A DNA stretch of 64,000 nucleotides from Dimorphilus gyrociliatus (Eukaryota > Animalia > Annelida): positions 2,218,504 to 2,282,503 of the forward strand of contig CAJFCJ010000003.1 of the NCBI GenBank assembly GCA_904063045.1. Direction: 5' to 3'. The notes under the pieces are model-generated. The model was not told the DNA's origin, ran no database searches, and saw only the letters and a program-made list of their open reading frames with translations. The number at the start of each line of letters is the position of its first letter. The first letter of the stretch is position 1. The translations under genes were made by a program, and so were the position numbers. Below are positions 43,301 through 55,816 of this stretch, in pieces.

Positions 43301-44447
43301 GAATAGTTTATTAACAGCTGTAATTGATTGTGTAGGTCGAGTAATATCATTAAAACTTGCTGGTTCTGAAAGAGAAGCCATTTCTCAAAGTGATCCTGCC
43401 AATCAGTTCTTGATTTTTGATGATATACCGTTATATTGGGATGCATGGGATGTTATGGATTATCATTTGGAAACGCGAAAAACTCTTGAATCTGCCATAG
43501 AATATGCTAGAATTACAGAAAGTGGTCCAATTAGAGCTAGCTTAGTTTTTGCATTAAAAATAAGTGATTCTTCATACATTCAGCAAACCATTAAACTTGA
43601 CGCTCTCTCACCAATGCTGAAATTTGATACGATTGTACATTGGCATGAGAATAGAAAGTTCTTGAAAGTTGAATTTCCTTTGCGGGTTCATACCACTTGC
43701 GCAACTTACGAAACTCAATACGGTTTCTTAAATAGACCAAACCATCAAAATACTTCTTGGGATTCAGCCAAATTTGAAGTGTGTGGTCATAAATGGGCTG
43801 ATCTTTCTGAACACGGATTCGGTGTTTCAGTCTTAAACGATTGTAAATACGGATGGTCGACATTTGGTAATATAATGCGATTATCATTGTTTGTATTTGC
43901 TATCAAATTAAATAACAAAAGTTTAAACATTAAATAATTCCTTAAAGGCTACGATCTCCTAAAGCGCCGGATGAAACAGCAGATATGGGTATTCATCATT
44001 TTACATATGGATTAATGCCTCATAGTGGTACTTTCCAACAAGCAAATGTCATTCAACAAAGTTATAACTTGAATTGTCCTCTTGTTGAAGTGCCAACAAA
44101 GCAGGATGTTTCTGGTAAATTTGATATTGAAATATCAGAAAATGCAATCATACTGGAAAGTATTAAAAAAGCAGAGGATCACGATGCTATTGTATTCCGC
44201 TTCTATGAAAGTCACGGAAGTCACGTAACCACTAGAGTGAAATTACCCAAGATTATTAAGGATGCTAAACAGTTAGTTTTGTTTACTTTAAATAATATTT
44301 TATGGAAATAATTAATTATTAATTTACAAAAACAGCTGCAATGCTATCGAAGATATTTTTGAAGATGAATGTCTAAACTTTGACAAAGAGAATTTGGTTA
44401 TTGAATTTACACCTTTTCAAATAAGATCAGTAATGATCATATTTTAA
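40328..44447 (+). CDS. MAN2C1: Cytosolic alpha-mannosidase 2C1 (GH38), 18 exons
   Basis: [117 protein letters not shown]. Confidence 0.97.
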
Positions 44448-44574
44448 ATGAAAATTGACAATATAAGTAATGTTTCTTCAAGTTTCCTGTATTTCTTGAA
44501 ATTTGACAAAATAAGTAAAATGATTATCACATTATATTTTGTTATGAATTCAAAAAATGTTCAAATTCTTCAAT

Positions 44575-47013
44575 TTATAATTCTTCAGTCTGAGAAACAA
44601 GCCATTTATATAAGTCATTTCTGGATTGTTTAAGCATTAACCCTCCTACAACTTCTCTACACTTTTTATGATAGGAATTTACATAATCAACCTGAAAGAA
44701 AAGCAGTTAAACCAACGTAATTATTATGAATAATTATTATTTACCTCTTCTGGAGTAAGCATTTCTTTGATTATCATTTTCTTTTGGATAGGGACCAAAG
44801 TGATTGGTTCAAATGTAAGATAACCTCTATTTCCAAAGTTGTTTTTAGTGTCTGCTTTGACGACAATTTGAAGATTTTCAATACGAATACCAAACTTTCC
44901 ATCTTCGTAGTATCCTGGTTCATTACTTAATACCATGTTTTCTTGAAGAGCCACCTCGGACGCTAATAATTTATAGCTTATCCTGCAAGGACCTTCGTGA
45001 ACATTTAGAAAGCATCCGACACCATGACCAGTCCCATGTTGGTAATCCAGTCCTCCCTCCCAAAGGTACAACCTAGCTAAGGAGTCCAGTCGACTACCCA
45101 TAACACCATTGGGAAAGACGACTTTAGTTAATGCAATGTGACCTTTCAAGACACGAGTAAAGCAATCCCTTTCAAATTCAGTTGGAGTTCCAAAGTGAAT
45201 TGTTCGCGTAACTATGGGAAAAGGAGATTGAAACACAACATATTTAAAATGTATATTTTTCAGAAGCCTTTCAATAATAGCTAAACTAACCATCTGTTGT
45301 TCCATCCTTAAATTGAGCTCCAGAGTCACAAAGATACAATTCATCTTTCGTGATTGGTCTGTTAGTTTCGGGTGTTACCTTATAGTGAATAATTGAACCA
45401 TTGGATCCGGAAGAAGATATAGTTTCGAAGCTAGGACCGACAAACTCATCTTGTTCAGCTCTGAAATTTTCTAATATTTTCGAGCCATGTAGTTCATCTA
45501 CTTTGATATTATTAGATAGCTGTTGTTCAAGCCACATAAAGTATTGACATAGAGCCACGCTATCCTTGATATGAGCTCTTCTCATGCCTTCCGCTTCAGT
45601 TTCATTTTTGTTGGCTTTCATCAAGTTTATAGGGGTTAGGCTGTTAAATAGACGATCTTCTGGTACAGCACTTGAAATAGCGTAGTTTGTCGAATCACTT
45701 AACTATATATATAAATACATGTATAAACAAAGATAGATTAAATGCCAATTTAAAAAGGAGAGTTACACAAAATCAATACAAACCCATATTTTTCCTTCAA
45801 CCTCTTTTTCAATAAGTTGAAGTAAATCAGCTTTTATTTGCCCATACGGTTTAATCTCAACTCCTTTTAAGTGTTCTCTAACACTATTCGTCACCTTAGC
45901 CGGGTCAATGAATAGACTGTAGGAAACTATTTTTTCATAGATTATCAAGAAAATTCTAACACTTACTAAACATTTTTCACTGTTATGATGACGTATGAAA
46001 AAAATACTGGATTAAAGACAATATCCGATCCTCTTAAATTTAAAAGATAAGCTATCTCATCTAATGCAGAAAGAACCAAGATTGTTGCTCCTTCTGCTTC
46101 CATTTTGGTTCTACATTCTGCAACCTTATCTTGCCAATTTTTTCCAGCAAATTTCATATCAAGAATAGAAATTGGATTACAAGGAACAGGAGGCTGATCA
46201 GTCCAAACCTTGTCAATTAAGTTTTCTTCAACAGCAACAAGTTGCCGGTTAGCTTTATTTAGGTCATGGAATGATTTGGTCCATCCAGAGTTTGAATAAA
46301 GCCAAGGATCAACTCCAATCCGACTGTCCTTTGGCAGAACTTTTTTTAACCAAGTAGTTAAGGAGGGTGTATCAGGCAATCCATCTTTCATCAAAGTCCA
46401 ATTGTCGTCCAACTGTTGATTTGCTTGTAAATAATATCTTCCATCTGTCCATAAAGCTGCCTCCTTTTGCGTAATAACCGCCAATCCAGCACTTCCAGTA
46501 AATCCACTAATCCAAGCTCTTCTAGCATCTCTTTCGGCAATATATTCACTCTACAAAGACACAACATTTATCGAAAGAAATAAGATAATATTCGTCAAAA
46601 TCTATTTTTTGCAACTTTAAATTGGTTAACAATACAATTCGTAGGTTTAGTCTTTAGCCACTTGTGACAGTTACATTTGATTTTTGATAAAAAAAATATG
46701 GCATGATTTTGTATCGTATAGGAGCGCAGATAAAATATAACTATGATAGTGTTTTGGATATAATTTGTGTAAAAAACAAACATTTAATTGATTATCTCAT
46801 ATAATACTGTTCAATAAATTCGTTTTGCTTTTTTTTTCAAACCAGTTTCAATCTTATTCAAAAACCTCGTAGTGTAGTAATTCATTTGAATATTCAATTC
46901 ATTACCATATGAGCATCCTCCGATGGGACAATATAAGCTTGTAAACTAAATTTGGAAGATTTCATAAGCTCTCTAAGTTGTCGAAGGATTGTTGTTGTAC
47001 TTTTTCGAGACAT
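44575..47013 (-). CDS. XPNPEP1: Cytosolic Xaa-Pro aminopeptidase P
   Basis: MSRKSTTTILRQLRELM..AYIVPSEDAH, WTDGRYYLQA, LCDSGAQFKDGTTD|VTRT, HGTGHGVG, HEGP, EPGYYEDGKFGIRIE. No signal peptide or GPI tail. Six exons. Confidence 0.95.
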
Positions 47014-47241
47014 CTTTAAGGAATTACAGCTCTGACGTTGCAACGAAACTAAAGAACCTTTTGAAAAGAACAAAAAAAAGTAACGACAATGTACGCCCTC
47101 TAGTTATTCTTGAAAAGTAGTGAAACAAACAATCTTTTTATTGGAGGAAACAGTTAAAATCGTCCAATATTATATTTTAAGAGTGTATCAAAATTGAATA
47201 ATAAATATAGAACAGTATTTATAAACAACAGTTAAAAAGTA

Positions 47242-49156
47242 TTATTTTTTATAAATAGCAGAACGAAGTTCATCATTATATTTAACATCCTCCATCACTA
47301 GTAAGTAAGGGAAGGGAAGGGGTCCTGGAGAAGGTGATAGCAGAGTAACACTTTCTTTATTGATATCGATTTGAGTTCTTGAAAAAGAAAAAAGAGAGAA
47401 TAATTTTACCAAACTAAAAATAAAATATGAAAAAATTTACTTACATTACAACAAATCCTGCAGCATTTGATTGAATAATTTCTTTTTCAGTATTTGCAGT
47501 AGATACACTACAAACGTGATACATAAGATTTCGACTCGGCGTTACAGAAACAACTTTCGTTTTATTATCGGCTAATGTTATTCCAACAGGCAGCATAGAT
47601 TCTGGAAGATCCGGCCCACCAATTTTAAAGAATTTTACAGAACTCCATTGAACCTTTTTGAATTAAATTCGTAATTAGTATACGGTATAATTATTTAAAC
47701 GCTAAAAAAATTAACCTCAAATGTATGTGGGTATAGAGCTTGTTCACGAGTTCCATAAAAATATTCATAGATTTTTTTATCACGAGTTGTCTCTCTTACA
47801 GTTCTTGTTCTCTCAACAACCTATATTTTCATTATAATACGTGTTTACACGTTTTAAAAGAAACTCTTAGATTAATTAACTTACTCCTCCACTTTTCTGT
47901 AGCATTATAACTTTTACAAATTCAGGCATATCTCTTAATAATTCGCTGTATAATCTTTCTTGATCCAAAACAACAACAACGTCAACTATAATGAATTTAA
48001 ACTATTTAAAGAACAGAGGGAAATAATTTTGCGAATGACTTCTTATTTACCCTCGAAAGCTCCTGCAGCATGAACTATTGAACGATAGCCTCCATCACGT
48101 ACCCAGCCGCACGTATTTATAACAACACCACTATAATTTGCTAATAATTTAATGGGAAAAAGAGAAAATATAGGACATTAGGAGTTGATATCTGAAAAGA
48201 ATAGAAAATGCGATTGCTTACTTTGTTCTATATTCTGCGCTCTCATTGATACTGCTTCAGCTAAACGACTAATTAGTACTTTATATAGATCAATATTGTT
48301 TTGTGGCGTAATATGACCAAAATGAAAAATTAAGGGACCTATGGAAAAAAATTTTAATTTTTAATTGCTTATGCAACCTTCAAACGAGTTTTTAGAACAA
48401 ACCGCTAAGATTATAGCCTTCTTCAATGTCTACAGGAGTTTCAATAACACTAGCTCCAATTGTTCCAGGTATACTTAAATCGGGTTGACCAACGTCTAAA
48501 TCTACAAGGATTGGAGTTCTTTTTAGTCTTGCTGCCCAACTTACCAACATTTTACATATTGTACTTTTGCCAACATCAGTTGGTCCAGCGAGCATAATCT
48601 AAAATTAATTTTTTATTATTCTGTAAATGTAAATCATTAAAAGCTTACTCTTGGTCCTCTGGACTTTTGCTCCGCTGCCTGATCTCTCATTTGCTCTAAG
48701 CCGGCATGTACATTTACATATAGAACCATTGGTGTTTCTTTGGCTCTGTAAGCTACTTCGGGTTTTCCGGTTAAGTAGAATGGAATTAAGGATAATATTT
48801 ATGTTGTCTAACACATTTTTAAAGGTAAACAAAAAAGGATATTTTAACTTTGCATTTGTCCCACGTGAAAACAGCAACTTTTCTCCCTCGATAGAATTTA
48901 TAAACACATCCCTTAACTAATTCGCTACCATAAATTTCCGCTGTTCCTTCAAGAAGCTGTAAGAATCGTTAGTGGATGAGATTTTGATAAAAATAAATTA
49001 AATGCTCTTACTTCAAGCTGTATAGGTTCGTTTACCTCTACTTCAAATCTTAATTCGCTATGAGCTTGTAAATCGTATTCAACTTTTGGCTGGATAAAGG
49101 CTATTAAGTACATATATGATTTATGTAAAATTATAACTTACTAAGTTTACGTCCAT
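47242..49156 (-). CDS. CLP1: Polynucleotide 5'-kinase CLP1, 11 exons including one AT-AC intron
   Basis: [23 protein letters not shown]-loop [38 protein letters not shown]. Confidence 0.96.
48775..48842 (-). other. U12-type (minor spliceosome) AT-AC intron in CLP1, 68 bp
   Basis: 5' site ATATCCTTT, branch site TCCTTAAT (48792-48785) about 10 nt from the 3' end, 3' end TAC. Removal restores FTWDKCKVK|LTGKPEVAY in phase 0. Confidence 0.92.
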
Positions 49157-49293
49157 CTTTATATTTACACGTTTTAAGTAGAGACGATAAAAGAGTATTT
49201 CAACGAAATAAAGCCTATGTTTTCCGAAATGTTGTTAAATTCGGAAGTTGTAAATTCGGTTAATAGTAGATTCTGCCGGTGAGAATCTCTCAA

Positions 49294-49303
49294 CGCATGC
49301 GCA
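49294..49303. promoter_or_regulatory. NRF1/Ewg-like site in the CLP1/CS bidirectional promoter
   Basis: CGCATGCGCA matches the core of YGCGCAYGCGCR. Confidence 0.5.
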
Positions 49304-49392
49304 TTGTACGAAACTACTTGTAGGAGCGTGTTATTTCTACTCGTTTAAACGATTCTTTCACCGGTTTTCTAGTTTCAAACTAATCAATAAAG

Positions 49393-51208
49393 ATGACTTT
49401 GGCAAGAACTGTAATCTTCAGATTGGCGGGGAAGTCAAAGGTATATATTCCAAATTAAATTGCTTAAAGTTCTCTGATATTTCGGTAAAGGAGGACGTTT
49501 CATCCCCCAGCTATAGTCATTGATAACTAAATTGTTTCTGATGAGGATATAGTATTTACTATAAATCCAAAGAGGAAATAATATAGTTACCTTTCATGTG
49601 AGATATGAAGTAGGGTGTTACACAATCGGACTATGCTCTAATTTTGAATGGAATTCAATCAAGGTCATTCTTGAAAGGCACTTATCTATACAATAGAGAG
49701 ATAAACCAAATTGAAATTATCTTGGTTCACTAATAGGTAATAGTAAGATATCCATCTTTTTTCATAGATTCCAACTCCGGCTATTTATCAAGCAAGAGGC
49801 TATGCTGAAGCCAGTAACAACAATCTTAAGGATGTTCTCTCGAACCTCGTTCCGCAACAGCAAGCACTTGTCAAGAAGTTCCGAAGCAATCATGGCGATA
49901 CCAAAGTGGGACATGTCACCGTGGATATGATGTATGGAGGAATGAGAGGAATTAAGGGCCTCGTAACGGAAACATCAGTTCTAGATCCGGAAGAAGGAAT
50001 TCGTTTCAGAGGGTACAGTATTCCTGAATGTCAAAATTTACTACCTAAAGCTCCAGGAGGAGAGGAGCCTTTACCAGAAGGTTTATTCTGGTTATTAGCC
50101 ACTGGTGATATTCCCACTGAACAACAGGTAGCAAGCATTACCGAGGAATGGAATAAGCGGGCACATTTGCCATCTCATGTTGTTACCATGTTGAACAACT
50201 TCCCCAACAATATGCACCCCATGTCCCAATTTGGAGCCGCTATTACAGCTTGCAATACTGAATCCCGCTTTGCTAGAGCTTACGCTCAAGGTGTTTCTAA
50301 GGCTAGCTACTGGGAACATGTTTATGAAGACGCTATGGACATGATTGCTAAATTGCCTACAATTGCAGCTATAATTTATAGAAATCTTTACAGAGATGGA
50401 ACAAGCGTTGGGGCAATTGATGAAAGCAAGGATTGGTCTGCCAATTTTGTGTCTATGTTAGGATATGAAGATGAAAAATTTACTGAATTAATGCGATTGT
50501 ACTTGACAATTCACTCCGATCACGAAGGAGGAAATGTCAGCGCCCATACATGTCATTTAGTTGGATCAGCTCTATCAGATCCTTATTTGTCATTTGCTGC
50601 TGGTATGAACGGTTTGGCAGGTCCACTTCACGGTCTAGCAAATCAAGAAGTACTTGTTTGGATTACCAAGCTACAAGAAGCTGTAGGAGATAATCCATCA
50701 GATGATACCATCAAGGAATTTATCTGGAATACTCTAAATTCTGGACAAGTTGTACCTGGTTACGGACATGCAGTTTTAAGAAAAACTGATCCTCGTTATA
50801 CTTGTCAACGGGAATTTGCATTGAAGCATCTTCCAAACGATGCTACGTTTAAAATTGTCGGGCAACTATACAAAATGGTACCAGATATTTTACAAGAACT
50901 TGGGAAAGTTGCTAACCCCTGGCCAAATGTGGACGCTCACAGCGGTGTCCTTCTACAGGTAAGATCTTTCTGAGAATGTGCATTAGTTGATATTTATAGA
51001 GTATAAATCTACATATTTCTCCCTTTTATATTTCAAACAGTACTACGGAATGAAGGAAATGTCTTATTATACTGTTCTGTTTGGTGTAAGCAGAGCTTTG
51101 GGCTGTATGAGCTCTTTGATATGGGATAGAGCTTTCAATTTACCTATTGAAAGACCAAAATCAATGAGCACCGAAGGCTTGATGAAACTCACGAATTTTA
51201 AACCATGA
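49393..51208 (+). CDS. CS: Mitochondrial citrate synthase, 468 aa
   Basis: Exons 49393-49440, 49768-50958 and 51041-51208. Basic presequence, [62 protein letters not shown]. Confidence 0.98.
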
Positions 51209-53058
51209 AAGAGACAATACTGAAATAAAAAGGACTCAATATCATGTGTTAAATATAAAATAATAAGCTATCAATTGGACTATTTCAGCTCTCTCTCTCG
51301 CTATCTCTGCTATTTTAGTTAGCATTCCTGTTACAAAACGTAACGTTAAATAATTTTAGTTCTGTTCTAGAGTGTAAAGCAGAGCATGATTTTATCCTAC
51401 TGCAATCTCTGTAAAATATTGTTTGGAAAAATTAAGTATTAGATACTAAACATATTTTTCTCTAACAGTAGCACCAATTCATAGAATCTACGTGTTGGAA
51501 ATATTGTACAAAACCCTTAACAATATTTCCCTTGACCTAATAAACTCAGCTATAGTTAAATCATGTAAAATGAGGATGGTAAACAAGATATTTTATTTTT
51601 GAATTCTTTTGAAAGAAAAATATTTATCTACTAGGTCAAGATTATAAAAAGATTATAAATCTTTTGTATTTGAGAATAAAACTAGGACAACATTCCCACA
51701 GTTTGAATCATAACTATCTCGACAAAAGAGTCAATTGATAATCAAATTTATGAGCTCCATAAGTTGCAACATGTTTTTGTATAGAAAAAGGAAATGAGGC
51801 AAAAACAACCTTTCTAGGCTTAGTTTCAGGACGGTGTCCGTAACTTTGAATCCTGAATATAATTCGATCACAATTTTCATAGATACCAAATATCTCATAA
51901 AAAATAAAAAAATATTACACTTAATAATTATCTAAATAGAAAATGATATGTATGTAATTAATAGAAAAACCCAAGATCAAATTGTTGGTTTCGTAAGTAC
52001 TTCATATTTTTAGTAGGATGAATCCTCTATAGTAAAAAACTTGAGACTGTTTCCAAAAGTCGACTTATTATCGTTCAGGTATTTGACAATTTTAGTTAAA
52101 TATTCTGGATAAAAATCTTATCTGTCGTATTTTTAATACAAAGTAATAAAAATTTAATACAAAAATTAGATTCTTGGAATTTTGGTGATTTTGGCTTGGG
52201 TGTTTGTAATCTTAGCTGGACGAAAGGCTTCACTTCGATGGCTTGATAGCAGATAAAAATTGAACAATTATTCCAAATTCTCTACATTGTTGTCAATTAA
52301 GAGTTATCTTCTAGCGATAAGAAAAGTAATACGATTTCTATGATTGTTCTACAAATAAAATTATTTGCTATTTTATAAATTTTTATCGCCTTATTTTTTT
52401 TGCAGTTATTACTACAATAATGGATGATATTTCTTCTCTCTTGTACTATTTTATATTGATACCTGTTACCATACCTGTATTTCTATTTTTTATCACATTA
52501 GCTTGGATTGGAAAGAGGTTATTTACGAATAATTAGTTTTTGGCAATCTTCCATCAAACATACTTAGTTATGACTGTTTTCTATTAAAATTTTTCTATCT
52601 AAAAAAAAAAAGACGAATAAATAAATTGTTTTAAACGATTACATAAGTACTTGGGTGCTTACAATAAAATGTAATTGTCTTTTTTTGCGTTCATGCGAAG
52701 TAAGGTCTAAAACACATCTCATACTGAGTTACATGATTGAGTCTACTTTATTTTCTTATAAAATATATGTAGAATAATAGAATTACTAATCATTTTTTTC
52801 TAGCCCAATGTCTTATCTATTCGATTTATATAATTCTACTCAACCTATAGTTATTGTTCTCTATATCAGCGTAAGTTTTAAAAACACTTATGTGGTATAG
52901 TATTGTTTTAACACTACTCAACAATTCTTTTATACCACTGTGGTGTTATTTGGTTATCTTGTAAGTTTAATTATTTTTTTCTTACTAGTTTTCCAACGAA
53001 ATTCTTTTTTTTTTGTGTTTTAAAAAATAATTTATTAAGATTAGAAGAAAATAAAATA

Positions 53059-54018
53059 TTAAATAAACTGCCTAGTGAAATTTAAGTCTAATTCGGCAGA
53101 GTCATCGGTAATTAGTTTGGATACTCTAGAAGAAAAAGTTGTGGTAGTTATACAATCCATTTGAGATTTCAAATCCATTATTATATGATTTATCTGATGG
53201 GCTATTCCAATAATTTCAATGTGCTTCTTTAATTCTGTGGCGTAAATGTCGAGTTCATGATAAACTTTTAGAAAGTCTCCAATAGTATTTTGATTTTTTA
53301 CTAATTTTCGGAGTTTGAACACTATTATGCAAATGGTGTCGATAGAAACTTTAGCTGAATTGTAAGCATTTGTAATCATTTCTAAAAGACCGCCATGTAA
53401 ATCTTCAACAACGCCGAAAGAATCTTCAACTTTCGTTATATTTTTTGCTTTAATTCTCTTCAAAAAATCATTTAAATCAAAATCATTATTTGACGCTAAA
53501 TTCTGCAAGTGAGCATGTAATTTGAGCATTGTCTTATTAGCTATAGCTGTTTCATCGGCACCAACTCCTTTTAAACTATCTAGATCTTTGGGTAAGGCGA
53601 CGTGTGGGAGGATATGCGTCATTGATTCATAAGAATCAATTATACCTTGGAATAAAGCTTTTATGGCTGAAAACCCATGTTTACTCAACTTTTTTTCAAT
53701 TCCTTCTTTGGTCAGGTACGATCTTTGCTTTAATTGGGCAGCTTGAACCTTTCCCGCTACAAAGTCTTCTAAAGCTTTTTCCTTAAAAACTTCATTTAAG
53801 CTGATATGATTAGTTTTTGTCTTTTGCGCTTTAGCCTTAAATAATAATAAAAAAACAACAAAATTAATATCTTATATTGGTGTTTTTTATATATAATTTC
53901 TCTCGAACGTTTCTAGTTTATTTAATACAATAATATAAATATTATATAAATTAAAACTTACAAACTCTAAAATACTGAAAGCACCGAACAAAAGGAGCAA
54001 CTTGAAAAAAGTTTTCAT
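53059..54018 (-). CDS. Secreted all-helical His-rich protein of unknown function, 277 aa
   Basis: Signal exon 54018-53962 (MKTFFKLLLLFGAFSILEF) with a GTAAGT donor, a 126-bp intron, and an open second exon 53835-53059. Confidence 0.8.
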
Positions 54019-55168
54019 CTTTCTCTTTCTTGTTCTTTCAATAGACTGAAAACGAATTAAAAGTAGAGCACTGTCTTCACTTTTTTCTATATAAACTACT
54101 CAATAGCAACTCTACTCAACAAAAATCTGTAGTGGAGTATTATAACTTATTCTAAACGATTTAGCTTATGTTTTTATTGACCATTTATAATCCAAATTAC
54201 ATCTTTAATGATTGATATTGGAACCACAAGAAGAGACTTTATTTATCATTCATCTATATCTTGTTTAGCCAAAAGAAATACTCTCTAGTTTATATTTTCA
54301 CTTTCATCCCTTATCCTTCATTTTACAAATTTCATATCCATTTACGATTTATCTTTCTCTTCTTTTGAATTTTCAGGGGTGATGTTCACCTCTAAAGGTA
54401 GTTGTTTCCTCTGATAAAACTCTAAAGTTTGAGGAAAAATGTATATATTTGATCATTAAATACGTCATTAGCAAGTAAACAGTACTTACGTCTATGCACA
54501 AGGAAGATAGGACAGTGGAAGAAGAAGATGGAGAATGGAGAAGGATGAGAGCTAATTTAAAATGAATCAATTTTATCTTTATTACTGAATAAGTCGTAAA
54601 ACAGTAAAGTCAAAAGGCTTACTGTTAAATAATATTATAAATATTATCTAAACTTTTGAAATTGACACTTTTAATTAACTGTTAATCATAGAAAATAAAA
54701 AATAATAATAGGTTTGTTATTGTTAAGTTGTTCCTTTTTCAGTGTGTTTAATGAACAAACCTTTATCTGTGGACATTTAAGAAGAGAGGGAACAAAGAGA
54801 TAATCTATCTTTATCACTCTTTTTATTCGAATTAAAAGTAGATATAGTCTCTTTGAAAGATGACCTATCTACGACAATTATTTGGCGAGAGTTTAAAGGT
54901 TACGTAACCTATTCTATTACTTTCGTTTGGTTGTGGTAGGGTTGGGTTAACATAAGCTACTCTGACACGAGTCAGAGGAGAAGACGATTTAAAACAATTG
55001 CTCTTTGACATTGATTCATACAATAGGAACGACACGAATCCAATTATAACCTGCTCTGTATATATAGCATTTACAATCTTTGAATTATATATAAAGGATA
55101 AACTGAAGTCAATCAGAACAAGTCAGACGAAGATTTCATACAAAAGTTGTTAATTGTAAAAGAGAAAA

Positions 55169-55588
55169 ATGGTTAATTATCCAAAAATGATACCTCTACA
55201 TAAGAATCCTGAAGAATTGGATAAATCTACAACTAGTATAGCCGACTATTTGAAACTAGTAGAAGACGAATGCCTATATCCAATCGATATGGATATATTA
55301 ACGATGGAAATTCGAAGTAAGAAAATAGAAAGATGGCTCAGATCAAAGGATATTAGCGACGAATTTAAAGAAGAATTAGGTTGGGAATTGGCAAAAATAA
55401 CATCAAAGAAAGAATGGCTGAAACAATTTGCTGTTAATAATATTGTTCAAAAAATATGGGAAGTGTTCATCTTATATTCAATAAGAAATGTCTTTATGGT
55501 TGATCATCTCTTTAATCGTTATAAGAAGAGTATTAGAAGATCTTACTATGATTCATCTAAATGTATTCTACATATTAAAGAAACATAA
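55169..55588 (+). CDS. 139-aa ORF of unknown function (may have upstream exons)
   Basis: ATG ORF with an AAAAATGG context and helical charged composition. No recognised domain. Confidence 0.55.
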   Translation: MVNYPKMIPLHKNPEELDKSTTSIADYLKLVEDECLYPIDMDILTMEIRSKKIERWLRSKDISDEFKEELGWELAKITSKKEWLKQFAVNNIVQKIWEVFILYSIRNVFMVDHLFNRYKKSIRRSYYDSSKCILHIKET

Positions 55589-55816
55589 TAAGACTTTTGT
55601 TGTATATTTTTTACTATACAACATTGATAAGAGATAAGAGATATATTTCCTACTTTCATTTTCTCATTTACAATAAAATAACAATACATCTCAGAAAAAA
55701 AATGTGTCCTTGCCATATCTAATTTAAAGTCGAAGCTCTATTGTGATTGGTTAAGTTTTCAATTGTAACATGTAGACATTTCCAAACCGATTGAAAGAGA
55801 CTCCTATTTTCTTGTA

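Noticed and set aside
54373-54570. 65-aa minus ORF with a GTAAGT donor and a signal-like start
   Set aside because: Splicing gives under 40 aa in the ATG frame. The low-complexity CT-rich sequence explains the open frame.
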